From Roseibacillus sp. (GTDB taxonomy: Bacteria; Verrucomicrobiota; Verrucomicrobiia; Verrucomicrobiales; Akkermansiaceae): DNA of 64,000 nucleotides. The notes under the pieces were generated by a model. The model made no database searches. It saw nothing but the letters and a program-made list of their open reading frames with translations, and was not told the origin of the DNA. The position numbers and the translations under genes are program-made. Every line of letters starts with the position of its first letter. Within the stretch, counting starts at the first letter, position 1. The stretch covers positions 128,001 through 192,000 of the forward strand of contig CBDEUM010000030.1 in the NCBI GenBank assembly GCA_965242925.1, given 5' to 3'. This document shows, in pieces, positions 21,501 through 31,411 of this stretch.

Positions 21501-23021
21501 GAAGCTGACCTTGGCACCAACCCGCTCAATGCCGACAGCGATAGAGATGGCCTGCTCGACGGGGTGGAGACCGGCACCGGCACCTTCGTCAGTGCCAGTG
21601 ACACCGGCACCGACCCGCTCAATGCTGACACCGACGGCGACAATGCCAGCGACGGGTTTGAGGTGGGCGAAAACACCGATCCGACCGATGTGTTCAGCAC
21701 TCCGGGCCCCCCCGATTTTCTCGGGGTTTGGAACTTCGGAAATAATGGTGACGGCACGACCCAGGGATGGACGGTGACCAGTGGCCATTTCGCTAACGAT
21801 GGCAACGGCATTGAGGCCGCCCAGGCCAATGGCAACAGGGCTCACGACGCCGCTCACCCGGTTGCGGTCCTCACCTCCCCGACCATCAGTTTCAGGAATT
21901 CAAGCATGGCCTCTCCGGTGATCGAAATTGATTGGGAAGGTGGACGGGGAAACCAGCAAGGCTCCCCCAACCCCACGAACCTGGCGGCGGTGATGAACTA
22001 TAATGGAGGCAACACAAACAACATCGGTCAGAAAGGCCTCGGGTTCCGCAACTTGAACACCGGGAACTATGATTTTGTCAGCTACGATCCCCAAGACGGT
22101 GGCGGCGTTCAGACTGAGTCATTCACCCGCTCTGATCTGGTCGGCGGCGGTATCGACATCAACGCCCCCTATGAATTGGATTTCTTCACCACCGACGATG
22201 GGGGTTGGGGCTGGACCCGATTGAACGAGGTGAGGGTCGATGCCACCCTTAATCCCCGGCCCCTGCTCCGTCCCCAGCTACGCATCACGCAGAGTGGCGC
22301 GAACCTCACCTTCGAGTGGGACAGCGAGGCCGGCATGATCTACAACCTGCGCAGCGACGCCGATCTCCAGCCTGAGCCGGCGCTATGGCCCATTCACGGG
22401 ACGAACGAGAACATCGACGCTACACCCCCCCTGAACACCCTCACCATTCCCCTGCCTGACGCCAATGAGCTATTCTTCGTGATCGAGGGATTCCCCAAAC
22501 CTCCGCTGGTACTTTTCGAAGATAACTTCGAATCAGGTGTGGGTGACTGGGTCACGGTTGTCAATGACCCCAGCCGCAATACCCTCTGGGAACTGGGCAC
22601 GCCTTCCGGCAGCACGGGACCGCTCACGGGCGCCGACGGCTCGGCCAACGCCTGGTCCACCAACCAGGGGGACTACGGACCAGACTCGGATATTTCCCTC
22701 CTCTCTCCGCCCATCGACTTCAGCGGGTTGCCGAGCGCGGAGTTGACCTTCGAGGTCTTCCGGGATGCCGACGGATTCGCAGACACCTCGACTGTCCGCT
22801 TCCGCCGGGTCACTGACGGTGTGCAACTGGGGCCGGACAATGCCTTGGACATGGCTCTCTTCGATATCGACTACGAAACCGAGATTATCCAGGTTCCGAT
22901 CGAGGTCCTTAACGAGACCGAGAATGTTCAAATCGAATTCAACTTCGTGAGCGACAGCAGCCTGGATGGCTACAGCGGCCTCTCCATCGACAACGTGAAA
23001 GTGGAAGGCGTCGATCCCTGA
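18596..23021 (+). CDS. Giant secreted repeat protein (~1470 aa if joined): 4 copies of an unknown ~175-aa domain alternating with 3 thrombospondin type-3-like Ca-binding blocks, plus C-terminal domains; frameshifted at ~19668-19758
   Basis: ORFs 18596-19756 and 19746-23021 join when aligned to the intact repeat at 20680-20790; signal peptide; DSDDDGLTDGEE and DTDGD repeats. Confidence 0.8.
18695..22245 (+). repeat. About 1.0-kb internal tandem repeat (3 full units plus a fourth domain)
   Basis: WNFGNNGD codons start at 18695, 19708, 20727 and 21729; long near-identical nucleotide stretches. Confidence 0.95.
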
Positions 23022-23497
23022 TGGCTCCTCAATTTGAAACCGTTGGGTAACCCTCAAGTTTCCTTCGGAGCTTCCTGTTGATGAACTGTCAATCGGCCGG
23101 ACTTTGTCCAGTCCCTCCTCTTAACGGCGGCCCGAATACAACGACCTCACTCGGTCATCTCTCAACTCGTTCGGGAAGTCCTGGTTGAACCAAGGCGGCA
23201 GTTTCGCTCTCTTCGATCTTACCGTGCTTGGGAGGGTGACACCCGAAGCGGAAACCTGCGGGGCACTTTGCTGGCGGGCGGGGAGATTGCATGGAGAGAT
23301 TTTGCTCCTTCGACAAACAGCTTAGTGGCGATGAACCTTCGACGCCCGGTGTCAAATCACAGTCCAGGGCGTCCCAGGGCGAACTGCGCACTGCCATTGC
23401 CTGCTCTCTGCGTTCACAGCTTGCCCGCCGAGCCCCTGAGACAACGTCAGATAAGAACGCCACCTGGGAAGCGGATCACAGAGCCCCGTCTCCTCTT

Positions 23498-26400
23498 CTA
23501 CTTGGGAGGCGCACCATTTCCTTGGGCGATCATGCCCCGGACGACGGTCAGATTCCGCCGGGCATCTTTGTGGTCGGGTTGAACCTCGAGGGCATACTCA
23601 AGATAAGTAACTGCGCGAGCGAGTTGCCCTTGTTGGGCAAGCGTCATTCCGAGGAGGGCATTGAAATTGGCCGAGTGGGGATTCTCCGCCACCGCCTTTT
23701 CCAAGCAGGCTTGGGCGTCGGCCCATCTCTTCTGTGCGATCAAAAGACCGCTCAATATTTTGTGGTTCTTCTCCTCTCGCGGATTGCTCTTAATGGCCTG
23801 CTCGAGATGGCCCGCAGCCTCGCCAGTCTTTCCCTTCTCGATAAGAAGGGTAGCCAGATTGGTGTGGGATCGGGCGTGATCAGGCTGAACACGCAACGCC
23901 TCACGGAAACTGGCTTCGGCCAGCGCGTGTTTCTTCTGGGAGATATAGGAAATTCCCAGATTGTTATAGGGCCCGGCATTCTCGGGAAACATCTTGATCA
24001 GTTCCTGATTCTCGGCGGCGGCAGATTGAGCGTAACCGCGCTGTTGCAGGTAGGTTGCAAAACGATATCGTGCCTCGAATTGGTTGCGTCGGCGCGCCAC
24101 GGTTGGCACTGGCAGGATGCGTCCAGGGACCGCAGCCGAGCGGGCAAACCGTTCACGCAGGGTGCCTTTCGAATGCTGGGTGTCGGCCGCAAGGTCGTCG
24201 ACATTCAAGCGCCCCTTGTAGATGACGGAGATGCGGCCATTGCCGTCGATCAGGAAACTGACCGGAACCGGCAAGGGCTGCGAGCTGGTGATCAGGTCAT
24301 TGTGGATCTTCTGGAGGTAGGCGATCAGCTTCCTGGGAGCTTGACCGGTGGTGAAGGGCAATTTGAGACGTTTGGCAAGTTTGCGGGCGACCGATGCGTC
24401 CACGGAGTCATCCAGCTGATCAACCGCCAAGGCGAGGACCTCAATGCCTGCGTCACGAAGCTCGTCATTCCGCTCGGACAGTTCCTCCAATTCGCCCACA
24501 CACGGCGTGCACCAACTGGCCCAGAGATTCAGTAAGATCGATTTCCCCTTCCCGGTTGGGAACTTCCGCACCTCACCGGAGAACGTCTGGTAGCTCAAAT
24601 CCGCCATCGGAAGCAAGGTCGCGAGCGGAATGCGGGCCGTGCTGTCCGGGTCAGGCAGGGTGACAGGCACGGGCGAAATTGCGGTCTCACGGCGTTTGGT
24701 GGCTGCTGGCACCGCCACCCCGCTGCCCTGAACCAGCCGATGGCGTCGATCGATTTCCAGACCGGTGAATGTTTCGATCTCGCCGCCCGGCCATCGCACA
24801 CGCACCAATTCGATCTTCTCTGCTCTGCCCAGCCCGAAATGCATCCACTTGGTGGATTGGGAGAGGAAGGAATCGCCGGCTCGCAGCGTCTTGCTCAGCG
24901 CCGGTCGCGTTGAATTACTCGAAGATCCGCCGGCCAGGACGACCTCCACCCGCGCGCCAATCGCGTCCCGGTTTGTGGTTCCGCCAGCTCCCTGCAGGCG
25001 CAGGGCGAGATGGTGGTTCTCCGACGGGACATCGTTGCGGAAAAATCGGAGCCGCGGGGCGTTGCGATTGGAAATCCACACGTCAAGGTCGCCATCGTGA
25101 TCCCAATCGACGGTGATCAGCGCTCGTCCATCATCCGGCAAATCGATTCCCGATGTCGCCGAGATGTTGGCGAATCGAGCGACAGGTGCTGCGCCCGCCA
25201 CAGTCGAAGCCGTGGTCGTGTTCAGGAAGCAGCAATTCCGCTCCCTGCCACTGTAGGAGCGCCCACGGCGAATCATTTCGCCAAATGTGGCGTTGGCCCG
25301 ATCCAATTCACTCGATCGCACTTCGTTGACATCGTTCAGGGAGCGCGACACGACCTGCCGCCAGTAGAAACTTCACAAGTCATCCGGATCGTCGCCGGTA
25401 ATATTCCCGTTGGCCACTGCCAGGTCCTCCCATCCATTGTTATTGATATCGATAAAGCTGGTCCCCCAGGCCCAGCGGGCCCTGGCCACGCCGGCCTCCT
25501 CGCTCACGTCCTCGAACGGGCCGTTATCGAGATTCTTCAGCAGAGTGCTGCCACGCGCAAAACGTTGAAGCCGCGTCCGGACCTCCGGTGATGCATTCGG
25601 TTTAAACTGCTCCTGAAAGGTGATTCGGTTGCCGGCCGACGAGAACATGTTGCTGATGTAGACGTCCATCCAGCCGTCGCGATTATAGTCACCCCAGGTA
25701 ACCGCCATTCCCGAAGCGCTGTCCTCGACGTCGGCTTCGCCAGCAACGTCTACAAACTTGCCCCCGTTGTTACGGTAGAGGCAATTCCGTCCGAAGTCAT
25801 TGGCGACGTAGAGATCCTGGTCGCCGTCGTTGTCGTAATCTTCCCAGGCCGCGGCCAAACTCCAGCGCCCGTTGTTGCTGTCCAGCCCGACCTCGGCAGT
25901 CACCTCACGGAAGCTCCACTTGCCTTGATCTGTTGTTTCATTGCGGAACAGGCTGTTGTAGCCGCCGACGTTGGAATCGTGATAGACAAACCGTCCTGTA
26001 ACGACGCCTCTCGATTCCGACTCAGGACCCGCCGAGCCATTGCGCCAATAGGTGCAGACGTAAAGATCCAACCGGCCATCCTGGTCGTAGTCCGCTGCAC
26101 TCAGAGACATCAGATCGTGGGCGGTCGGCAACAACGTCCGATAATCAAAACGGCCGTCGCCGCGGTTGGCGGCCAGCACGATGCCCCCCATAATTGCGAC
26201 CGCGAGGTCCTGGTCCCCGTCGTTGTCCAGGTCCACCAGGAGGGCACTGCGCGATCCCTCGAGCCAATTCACGCCCGCCACTTTTCCGATTCGTCGCGCA
26301 GGGTGCCGTCGGCGTTCTGAACATAAAGCCTGTTAGGCAGGCCATCCTCCTGACAGAGATAGAGATCGTCCAATCCATCACCGTTGACATCACCAAGCGC

Positions 26401-27288
26401 CACCCCCGGAATGCCGAGCCAGAAAAAATATTGCGTATCCTGAGTGCGGTGCAGCCAGTGACTGAAACCACGGCCAATCTGTTGCTGGTAGGAGGCGTTG
26501 GATCCCAATACCGACTGAGTGCAATCGGAAAACAGGGTTCGCCCGCCGGTGCGGGAAGTCACCTGCTCGACATCGCTCACGTCGAGCTGCAGGAGCAGCG
26601 GCCGCGAGTCGCCGGCACTCATGGCCCAACGCGCACGCCACGTCGCGTGCTGTTCGATGACGCCCATTTCCGTGATCCCGGAAATCGCCACATACTGCTG
26701 GGTGGTAAACGATTCGATCTCCTGCTGGACCCGGAAAACCTTCACCTCGAATCGCAGTTCTGCGGCGCCTTCAAGAAGGGTTCCGATCTCGCCAATTGCG
26801 GCCTCGATCTCTGCGATACCTCGTCGGGGGGCTGCATCCGGTTGGGCCGCCATGCGTTCGACGGTGAGGGTGGAATCCGTATAGACCACCTCAGATCCCT
26901 TCGGTTGCAGCCCATTAAAAGAAAAGCCCTCCGCGACGATTTGTCTCAGAGCCGCATCATCCATTTGCCCGGGATGCAGAATCATCTTACCGAGGCGCTT
27001 GAGTTGCTCCTTGGCATGTTCACTGAGCGCCTCGCTGGGCCATCCGTCGGCGCTGGGATCATCCAAACGTTCCATCGGAACGCTGGGCGGTGAGGGCACC
27101 TGGTACAATTGGCCGGTTGAGGCACCGGATTCCAAGACTTCATCCGAGCGATTGGCCAGAATCATTACTATGATTGCCGCCACCGCCAAAACAGCGATGG
27201 CGACTCCGACGAGCACCCGGCGTCCCTGCTTCGATGAGCGAAGATTGGGTTCGGATTGTTGAGTGATGCGGTTATCCGACGATTTCAT
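23498..27288 (-). CDS. Membrane-anchored FG-GAP/CRTAC1 - ASPIC/UnbV - TlpA-like thioredoxin - TPR protein; in-frame TGA at 25375-25373 (candidate selenocysteine) and a frameshift near 26283
   Basis: Three consecutive ORFs: TM anchor, DxD/NxDG FG-GAP repeats, NRDAIGARV and HFGLG ASPIC motifs, WASWCTPC, C-terminal TPRs. ORFs 25373-26281 and 23498-25351 are in the same frame, separated only by TGA plus 7 sense codons. Confidence 0.8.
25345..25361 (-). promoter_or_regulatory. Candidate bacterial SECIS hairpin
   Basis: GCGGCA-GGUCG-UGUCGC (6-bp stem including one G-U pair; loop starts with G), beginning 11 nt after the UGA. Confidence 0.6.
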
Positions 27289-27468
27289 GGCAGGATCCTC
27301 AGAAGAGAGCCCTGATAGCTCTCGGGACGAAAAATGCGAGGACGTTTCCTTCTTATTACCTGTCGATCACTCTCGTTATCTCATTAACGCTTACGGCACG
27401 GCCCGAGGCACCTGAAAGAGCGATGGGCAGGAGGAACCCAGAGGATGCAGAATAAAGATCTGCCACCC

Positions 27469-27489
27469 GCCAAGGAAAGTTTCCTTGGC
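27469..27489. promoter_or_regulatory. Perfect inverted repeat GCCAAGGAAA-G-TTTCCTTGGC, possible operator (copy at 28843-28861)
   Basis: 10-bp arms with a 1-nt spacer, ~180 nt upstream of the FG-GAP gene start. Confidence 0.35.
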
Positions 27490-27528
27490 CCCTCCCCCTC
27501 ATTCAGGTTCAGCCCCCCTTTTTGGCAC

Positions 27529-27564
27529 AAAAAAACCGGGGCGGCCTGTGAAAGCCGCCCCGGT
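27529..27564 (-). terminator. Rho-independent terminator of PEP-CTERM gene 1
   Basis: accggggcggc/gccgccccggt stem followed by a U-tract on the minus strand. Confidence 0.9.
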
Positions 27565-27592
27565 GTAAAATATCGTCAACGCTGTCCGGCCA

Positions 27593-28285
27593 CTAGCGGC
27601 GGCGGCGGAGCAAGGCGAGTCCGCCCAAGGCCAAGAGGGCCATGGCAGATGGCTCGGGAATTGCACCGATCGCATTTGCATCAAGGTTGACCTCGTTCAA
27701 GCGAGTCCAACCCCAACCACCATCGTCGGTGGTGAAGAAATCCAACTGGTAGCTGGCGCCGGCATCGATGCCCGCTGCGGTCAGATCAGCCAAGGTGTAT
27801 GAACCGGTCTGAATACCGCCACCGTCTTGGGGGTCGTAATCGACAAGATCATAGGCCCCGGTGGTCAGGTTGCGAAAGCCAACCCCTTTCTGGCCGGTGT
27901 TGTTCGTGTTGCCACCGTTATAACCGGTCACCGCAGCCAGGTTCGCAGGGTCGGCGGAGTCTTGCTGGTTTCCCCGTCCCCCTTCCCAAAGAATATCGAT
28001 CACACTGTCGCTCGCATGCACACTGCCGAAATTGATGGTCGGGGAGGTCAGGACCGCAACCGGGTGGGCGGCGTCGTGAGCTCTGTTGCCATTGGCCTGA
28101 GCGGGCTCAATGCCGTTGCCATCATTAGCGAAATGACCAGCTGTCACCGTCCATCCTTGGTTGGTGCCATCTCCGTTATTTCCGAAGTTCCAAGTCTGCA
28201 CTGTCGCACCGTTCGCGGATACAGACAGAAGAGCAATGGTTCCCGCCGCGAGGGCGATGCCTTTTGTAAGTGGGTTCTTAATCAT
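27593..28285 (-). CDS. PEP-CTERM surface protein 1 (230 aa)
   Basis: Signal peptide, one copy of the repeated domain, IPEPSAMALLALGGLALLRRRR sorting signal. Confidence 0.93.
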   Translation of the reverse strand: MIKNPLTKGIALAAGTIALLSVSANGATVQTWNFGNNGDGTNQGWTVTAGHFANDGNGIEPAQANGNRAHDAAHPVAVLTSPTINFGSVHASDSVIDILWEGGRGNQQDSADPANLAAVTGYNGGNTNNTGQKGVGFRNLTTGAYDLVDYDPQDGGGIQTGSYTLADLTAAGIDAGASYQLDFFTTDDGGWGWTRLNEVNLDANAIGAIPEPSAMALLALGGLALLRRRR

Positions 28286-28563
28286 TTCTTTGGGTAATAA
28301 TGGGTCGGTGCATTCAAGCGGTGACGGCCCTTTTTTAAAGCGGGAGGGGTTCCAGACAAGACTTTTCTTACGAGAATTTCAGTCCACCGCCATGCCTTGG
28401 TATCTAGATGTTCTTTTGAACAGAGTTCTGCCCCCTCATTTTGAATGAATTTGCGGTGCATACCATACACAGAGAGACTGGAAAACGGCTTTCCACTCCT
28501 GATTTATTGGAAGCCCAGGGGCGAGACCAAGCCATCCACCCGAACAAGGGGAAAGGAACCAGT

Positions 28564-28690
28564 CCTCTCATCGCTTTTCCCGGAACTCAGGATTCGGCTT
28601 CATGGCCTCCGCTTCCACCCTTGCAGGACTTCGTTCAACTCGTTCACCAGCTTCGTCTCCTTCGCCGCCAGGTTCCTTTTCTCCCCGATA
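28564..28690 (-). pseudogene. Decaying duplicate of the sulfatase 3' end
   Basis: Matches 29940-30078 but with an internal deletion of ~13 nt. Confidence 0.85.
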
Positions 28691-28901
28691 GCTCTCGGGA
28701 CGAAAAATGCGAGGACGTTTCCTTCTTATTACCTGTCGATCACTCTCGTTATCTCATTAACGCTTACGGCACGGCCCGAGGCACCTGAAAGAGCGATGGG
28801 CAGGAGGAACCCAGAGGATGCAGAATAAAGATCTGCCACCCACCAAGGAAAGTTTCCTTGGCCCCTCCCCCTCATTCAGGTTCAGCCCCCTTTTTTGGCA
28901 C

Positions 28902-28937
28902 AAAAAAACCGGGGCGGCCTGTGAAAGCCGCCCCGGT
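28902..28937 (-). terminator. Rho-independent terminator of PEP-CTERM gene 2
   Basis: Same hairpin and U-tract as at 27529-27564. Confidence 0.9.
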
Positions 28938-28969
28938 GTAAAATTATCGTCAACGCTGTCCGGCCACTA

Positions 28970-29662
28970 CTAGCGGCGGCGGCGGAGCAAGGCGAGTCCG
29001 CCCAAGGCCAAGAGGGCCATGGCAGATGGCTCGGGAATTGCACCGATCGCCATTTCATCAACGCTGACCTGGTTCAAGCGAGTCCAACCCCAACCACCAT
29101 CGTCGGTGGTGAAGAAATCCAACTGGTAGCTGGCGCCGACATCGATGCCGTTGGCGACCAGAGCAGACAAGGGGTATGAACCGATCTGAAGTCCGCCACC
29201 GTTCTCCCAATCGTAATCGACATGATCATAGGCCCCGGTGGTCAGGTTACGGAACCCGAGGCCTTTCTGGCCGGCGTTGTTCGTGTTGCCGCCGTTATAA
29301 CCGGTCACAGCAGCCAGGTTCGCAGGGTCGGCGGAGCCTTGCTGGTTTCCCTGTCCCCCTTCCCAGCTAATATTGACCACAAAGTCGCTCGCATGCACAC
29401 TGCCGAAATTGATGGTCGGGGAGGTCAGGACCGCAATCGGGTGGCCGGCGTCGTGAGCTCTGTTGCCATTGGCCTGAGCGGGCTCAATGCCGTTGCCCTC
29501 ATTAACGAAATGACCAGCTGTCGTCGTCCATCCTTGGTTGGTGCCATCTCCGTTATTTCCGAAGTTCCAAGTCAGCATTGTCGCACCGTTCGCGGATACA
29601 GACAGAAGAGCAATGGTTCCCGCCGCGAGGGCGATGCCTTTTGTAAGTGGGTTCTTAATCAT
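28970..29662 (-). CDS. PEP-CTERM surface protein 2 (230 aa)
   Basis: Paralog of 27593-28285 with identical signal peptide and PEP-CTERM tail; start ATG 29662. Confidence 0.93.
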   Translation of the reverse strand: MIKNPLTKGIALAAGTIALLSVSANGATMLTWNFGNNGDGTNQGWTTTAGHFVNEGNGIEPAQANGNRAHDAGHPIAVLTSPTINFGSVHASDFVVNISWEGGQGNQQGSADPANLAAVTGYNGGNTNNAGQKGLGFRNLTTGAYDHVDYDWENGGGLQIGSYPLSALVANGIDVGASYQLDFFTTDDGGWGWTRLNQVSVDEMAIGAIPEPSAMALLALGGLALLRRRR

Positions 29663-29942
29663 TTCTTTTGGTAATGTTGGGTCGGTGCATTCAAGCGGTG
29701 AAGGCCCTTTTTTAAAGCGGGAGGGGTTCCAGACAAGATTTTTCTTACGAGAATTCCAGCCCACCGTCATGCCTTGGATTATGCTGTTCTTTTAAACAGA
29801 GTTCTGCCCCCTCGTTTTGAATGAATTTGCGGTGCATCCCCTACACCGAGAGACTGGAAAACGGCTTCCCACTCCTGATTTATTGGCAGCCGAGGGCGAG
29901 ACCAAGCCATCCACCCGAACAAGGGGAAAGGAACCAGTCCTC

Positions 29943-31352
29943 TCATCGCTTTTCCCGGAACTGAGGATTCGGCTTCATGGCTTCCGCTCCCACCCTGCGC
30001 TTCCACCCTTGCAGGACTTCGTTCAACTCGTTCACCAGCTTCGTCTCCTTCGCCGCCAGGTTCCTTTTCTCCCCGATATCATCTTCCAGGTCATACAACT
30101 CAAATTCTTCGCGTTCAAGGCACTCGATGAGCTTCCACTTTCCTCTCCGCACGATCGACACTGGCGCACTCTGGGGATGCTTGTTGTAGTGCGGGTAGTG
30201 CCAAAACAGCTCCTTGCGCCTGATATTTCCGGAAGCCTTGACAATCGGGGCCAGGCTGACCCCGTCCACGTGCTGGTGCGGGCGGGAGGGCAGTCCCAGC
30301 ATCTCAAGAATGGTCGGATAGAGATCGTTCGTGATCACGGGGGTCTCGCTGACCCTTCCTTCCCCCTTCACCCCTGCGCCCGCCACGATCAAGGGCACCC
30401 TGATCCCTCCCTCGTAGTGTGAACCCTTGTTGGCGCGCAGCGGATCATGCCTCGTGGCACCGGCGAACCCCCCATTGTCGGAGGTGAATATCACGAGGGT
30501 ATTCCCCGCCAGTTTCAGTTCCTCCAACTTCTCCATCACCCGTCCCACGCTCTCATCCACGCTTGCCACCATGGCGGCATAGACCGGACTTCCCTGCCGC
30601 TCATTCTTGGGAACCTTGTTGAAGCGGGAGACCAACTCCTTCCTGGCCTGCAGAGGCGTGTGTACGGCATAGTAGGGAAAGTAGAGAAAGAACGGTCGAT
30701 CCCTGTTCTTCTCGATCAGCGCCAGGGACTCGGTAGTCAGGCGGTCGGTGAGGTATTCCCCCTCCCTGCCATCCGGCAGGGTGATTTTCTGCACCCGTTC
30801 CCCGGTGGTCGGGATCTTCCAGCTCCCCTTGTAGGGATAAAAATAATGCCCGGGCGCCCCGTGTTCACTTCCGCCCACATTCACCTCAAACCCGTGGTGG
30901 GCCGGCAACGAAAAGGGCGGACCTCCCAGATGCCATTTCCCCACATGCAACGTCCGGTAGCCGGCCTCGCGCAGGGCCTCGGCCAGGGTCACCTCCTCCA
31001 GCGGCAGGCTACGCAGGAAACGGCCTTCGCGCATCCGGTGTCCGCTTGCACTCCAACGACCAGCCGGCAGCCACTGGGTCATCAGGTTCCGGGCCGGATA
31101 CTTTCCCGTCATGATGCTGGCCCGCGTGGGCGTACACACCGCGCAGGCCGCGTAGGCGTCGGTGAACCGGATGCCACGGGCCGCGAGTCGGTCGATATTG
31201 GGGGTGCGATAGTAGGTGCTCCCCTGGCATCCCAGGTCCCTCCAGCCGAGATCATCGACCAGAAAGAGGATCACGTTCGCCCTCTCAGCCGCCATTACGG
31301 CCGCTGGCTGCAGAAACAGACAGACGGCAACAAAGAGAACTGCACGCGCCAT
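29943..31352 (-). CDS. Formylglycine-dependent (S1) sulfatase, secreted
   Basis: NVILFLVDDLG, CTPTRASIMTG (CxPxR), GKWHLG, FTSDNG, EGGIRVP; signal peptide from ATG 31352. Confidence 0.95.
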   Translation of the reverse strand: MARAVLFVAVCLFLQPAAVMAAERANVILFLVDDLGWRDLGCQGSTYYRTPNIDRLAARGIRFTDAYAACAVCTPTRASIMTGKYPARNLMTQWLPAGRWSASGHRMREGRFLRSLPLEEVTLAEALREAGYRTLHVGKWHLGGPPFSLPAHHGFEVNVGGSEHGAPGHYFYPYKGSWKIPTTGERVQKITLPDGREGEYLTDRLTTESLALIEKNRDRPFFLYFPYYAVHTPLQARKELVSRFNKVPKNERQGSPVYAAMVASVDESVGRVMEKLEELKLAGNTLVIFTSDNGGFAGATRHDPLRANKGSHYEGGIRVPLIVAGAGVKGEGRVSETPVITNDLYPTILEMLGLPSRPHQHVDGVSLAPIVKASGNIRRKELFWHYPHYNKHPQSAPVSIVRRGKWKLIECLEREEFELYDLEDDIGEKRNLAAKETKLVNELNEVLQGWKRRVGAEAMKPNPQFREKR

Positions 31353-31411
31353 CACCTCGCAGCCTGCACGGTTCCTGCCCTCTTGCCACTCCAAAGGATC
31401 CAGCTCTCCGC

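Larger units (their letters stand above)
27314..30078. repeat. Tandem duplication of ~1.38 kb (27314-28690 / 28687-30078)
   Basis: Near-identical intergenic DNA, terminator, PEP-CTERM gene and sulfatase 3' end in both units; junction microhomology CCC(T/C)GATA. Confidence 0.93.

Noticed and set aside
23022..23497. ORF remnants and a half-site (aagtttccttcgg) resembling the 27469 palindrome
   Set aside because: Single partial match with no symmetry and no recognisable coding signature.
23291..24535. Long antisense/shadow ORFs (also 42831-44372, 46011-47387, 56266-57855, 57897-59225, 61795-62943)
   Set aside because: Opposite-strand mirrors of well-supported genes, expected in high-GC DNA, with no motifs.
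18695..29569. Diversity-generating retroelement (template/variable repeats)
   Set aside because: Differences between copies are not adenine-specific, all copies are coding, and no reverse transcriptase is present in the window.
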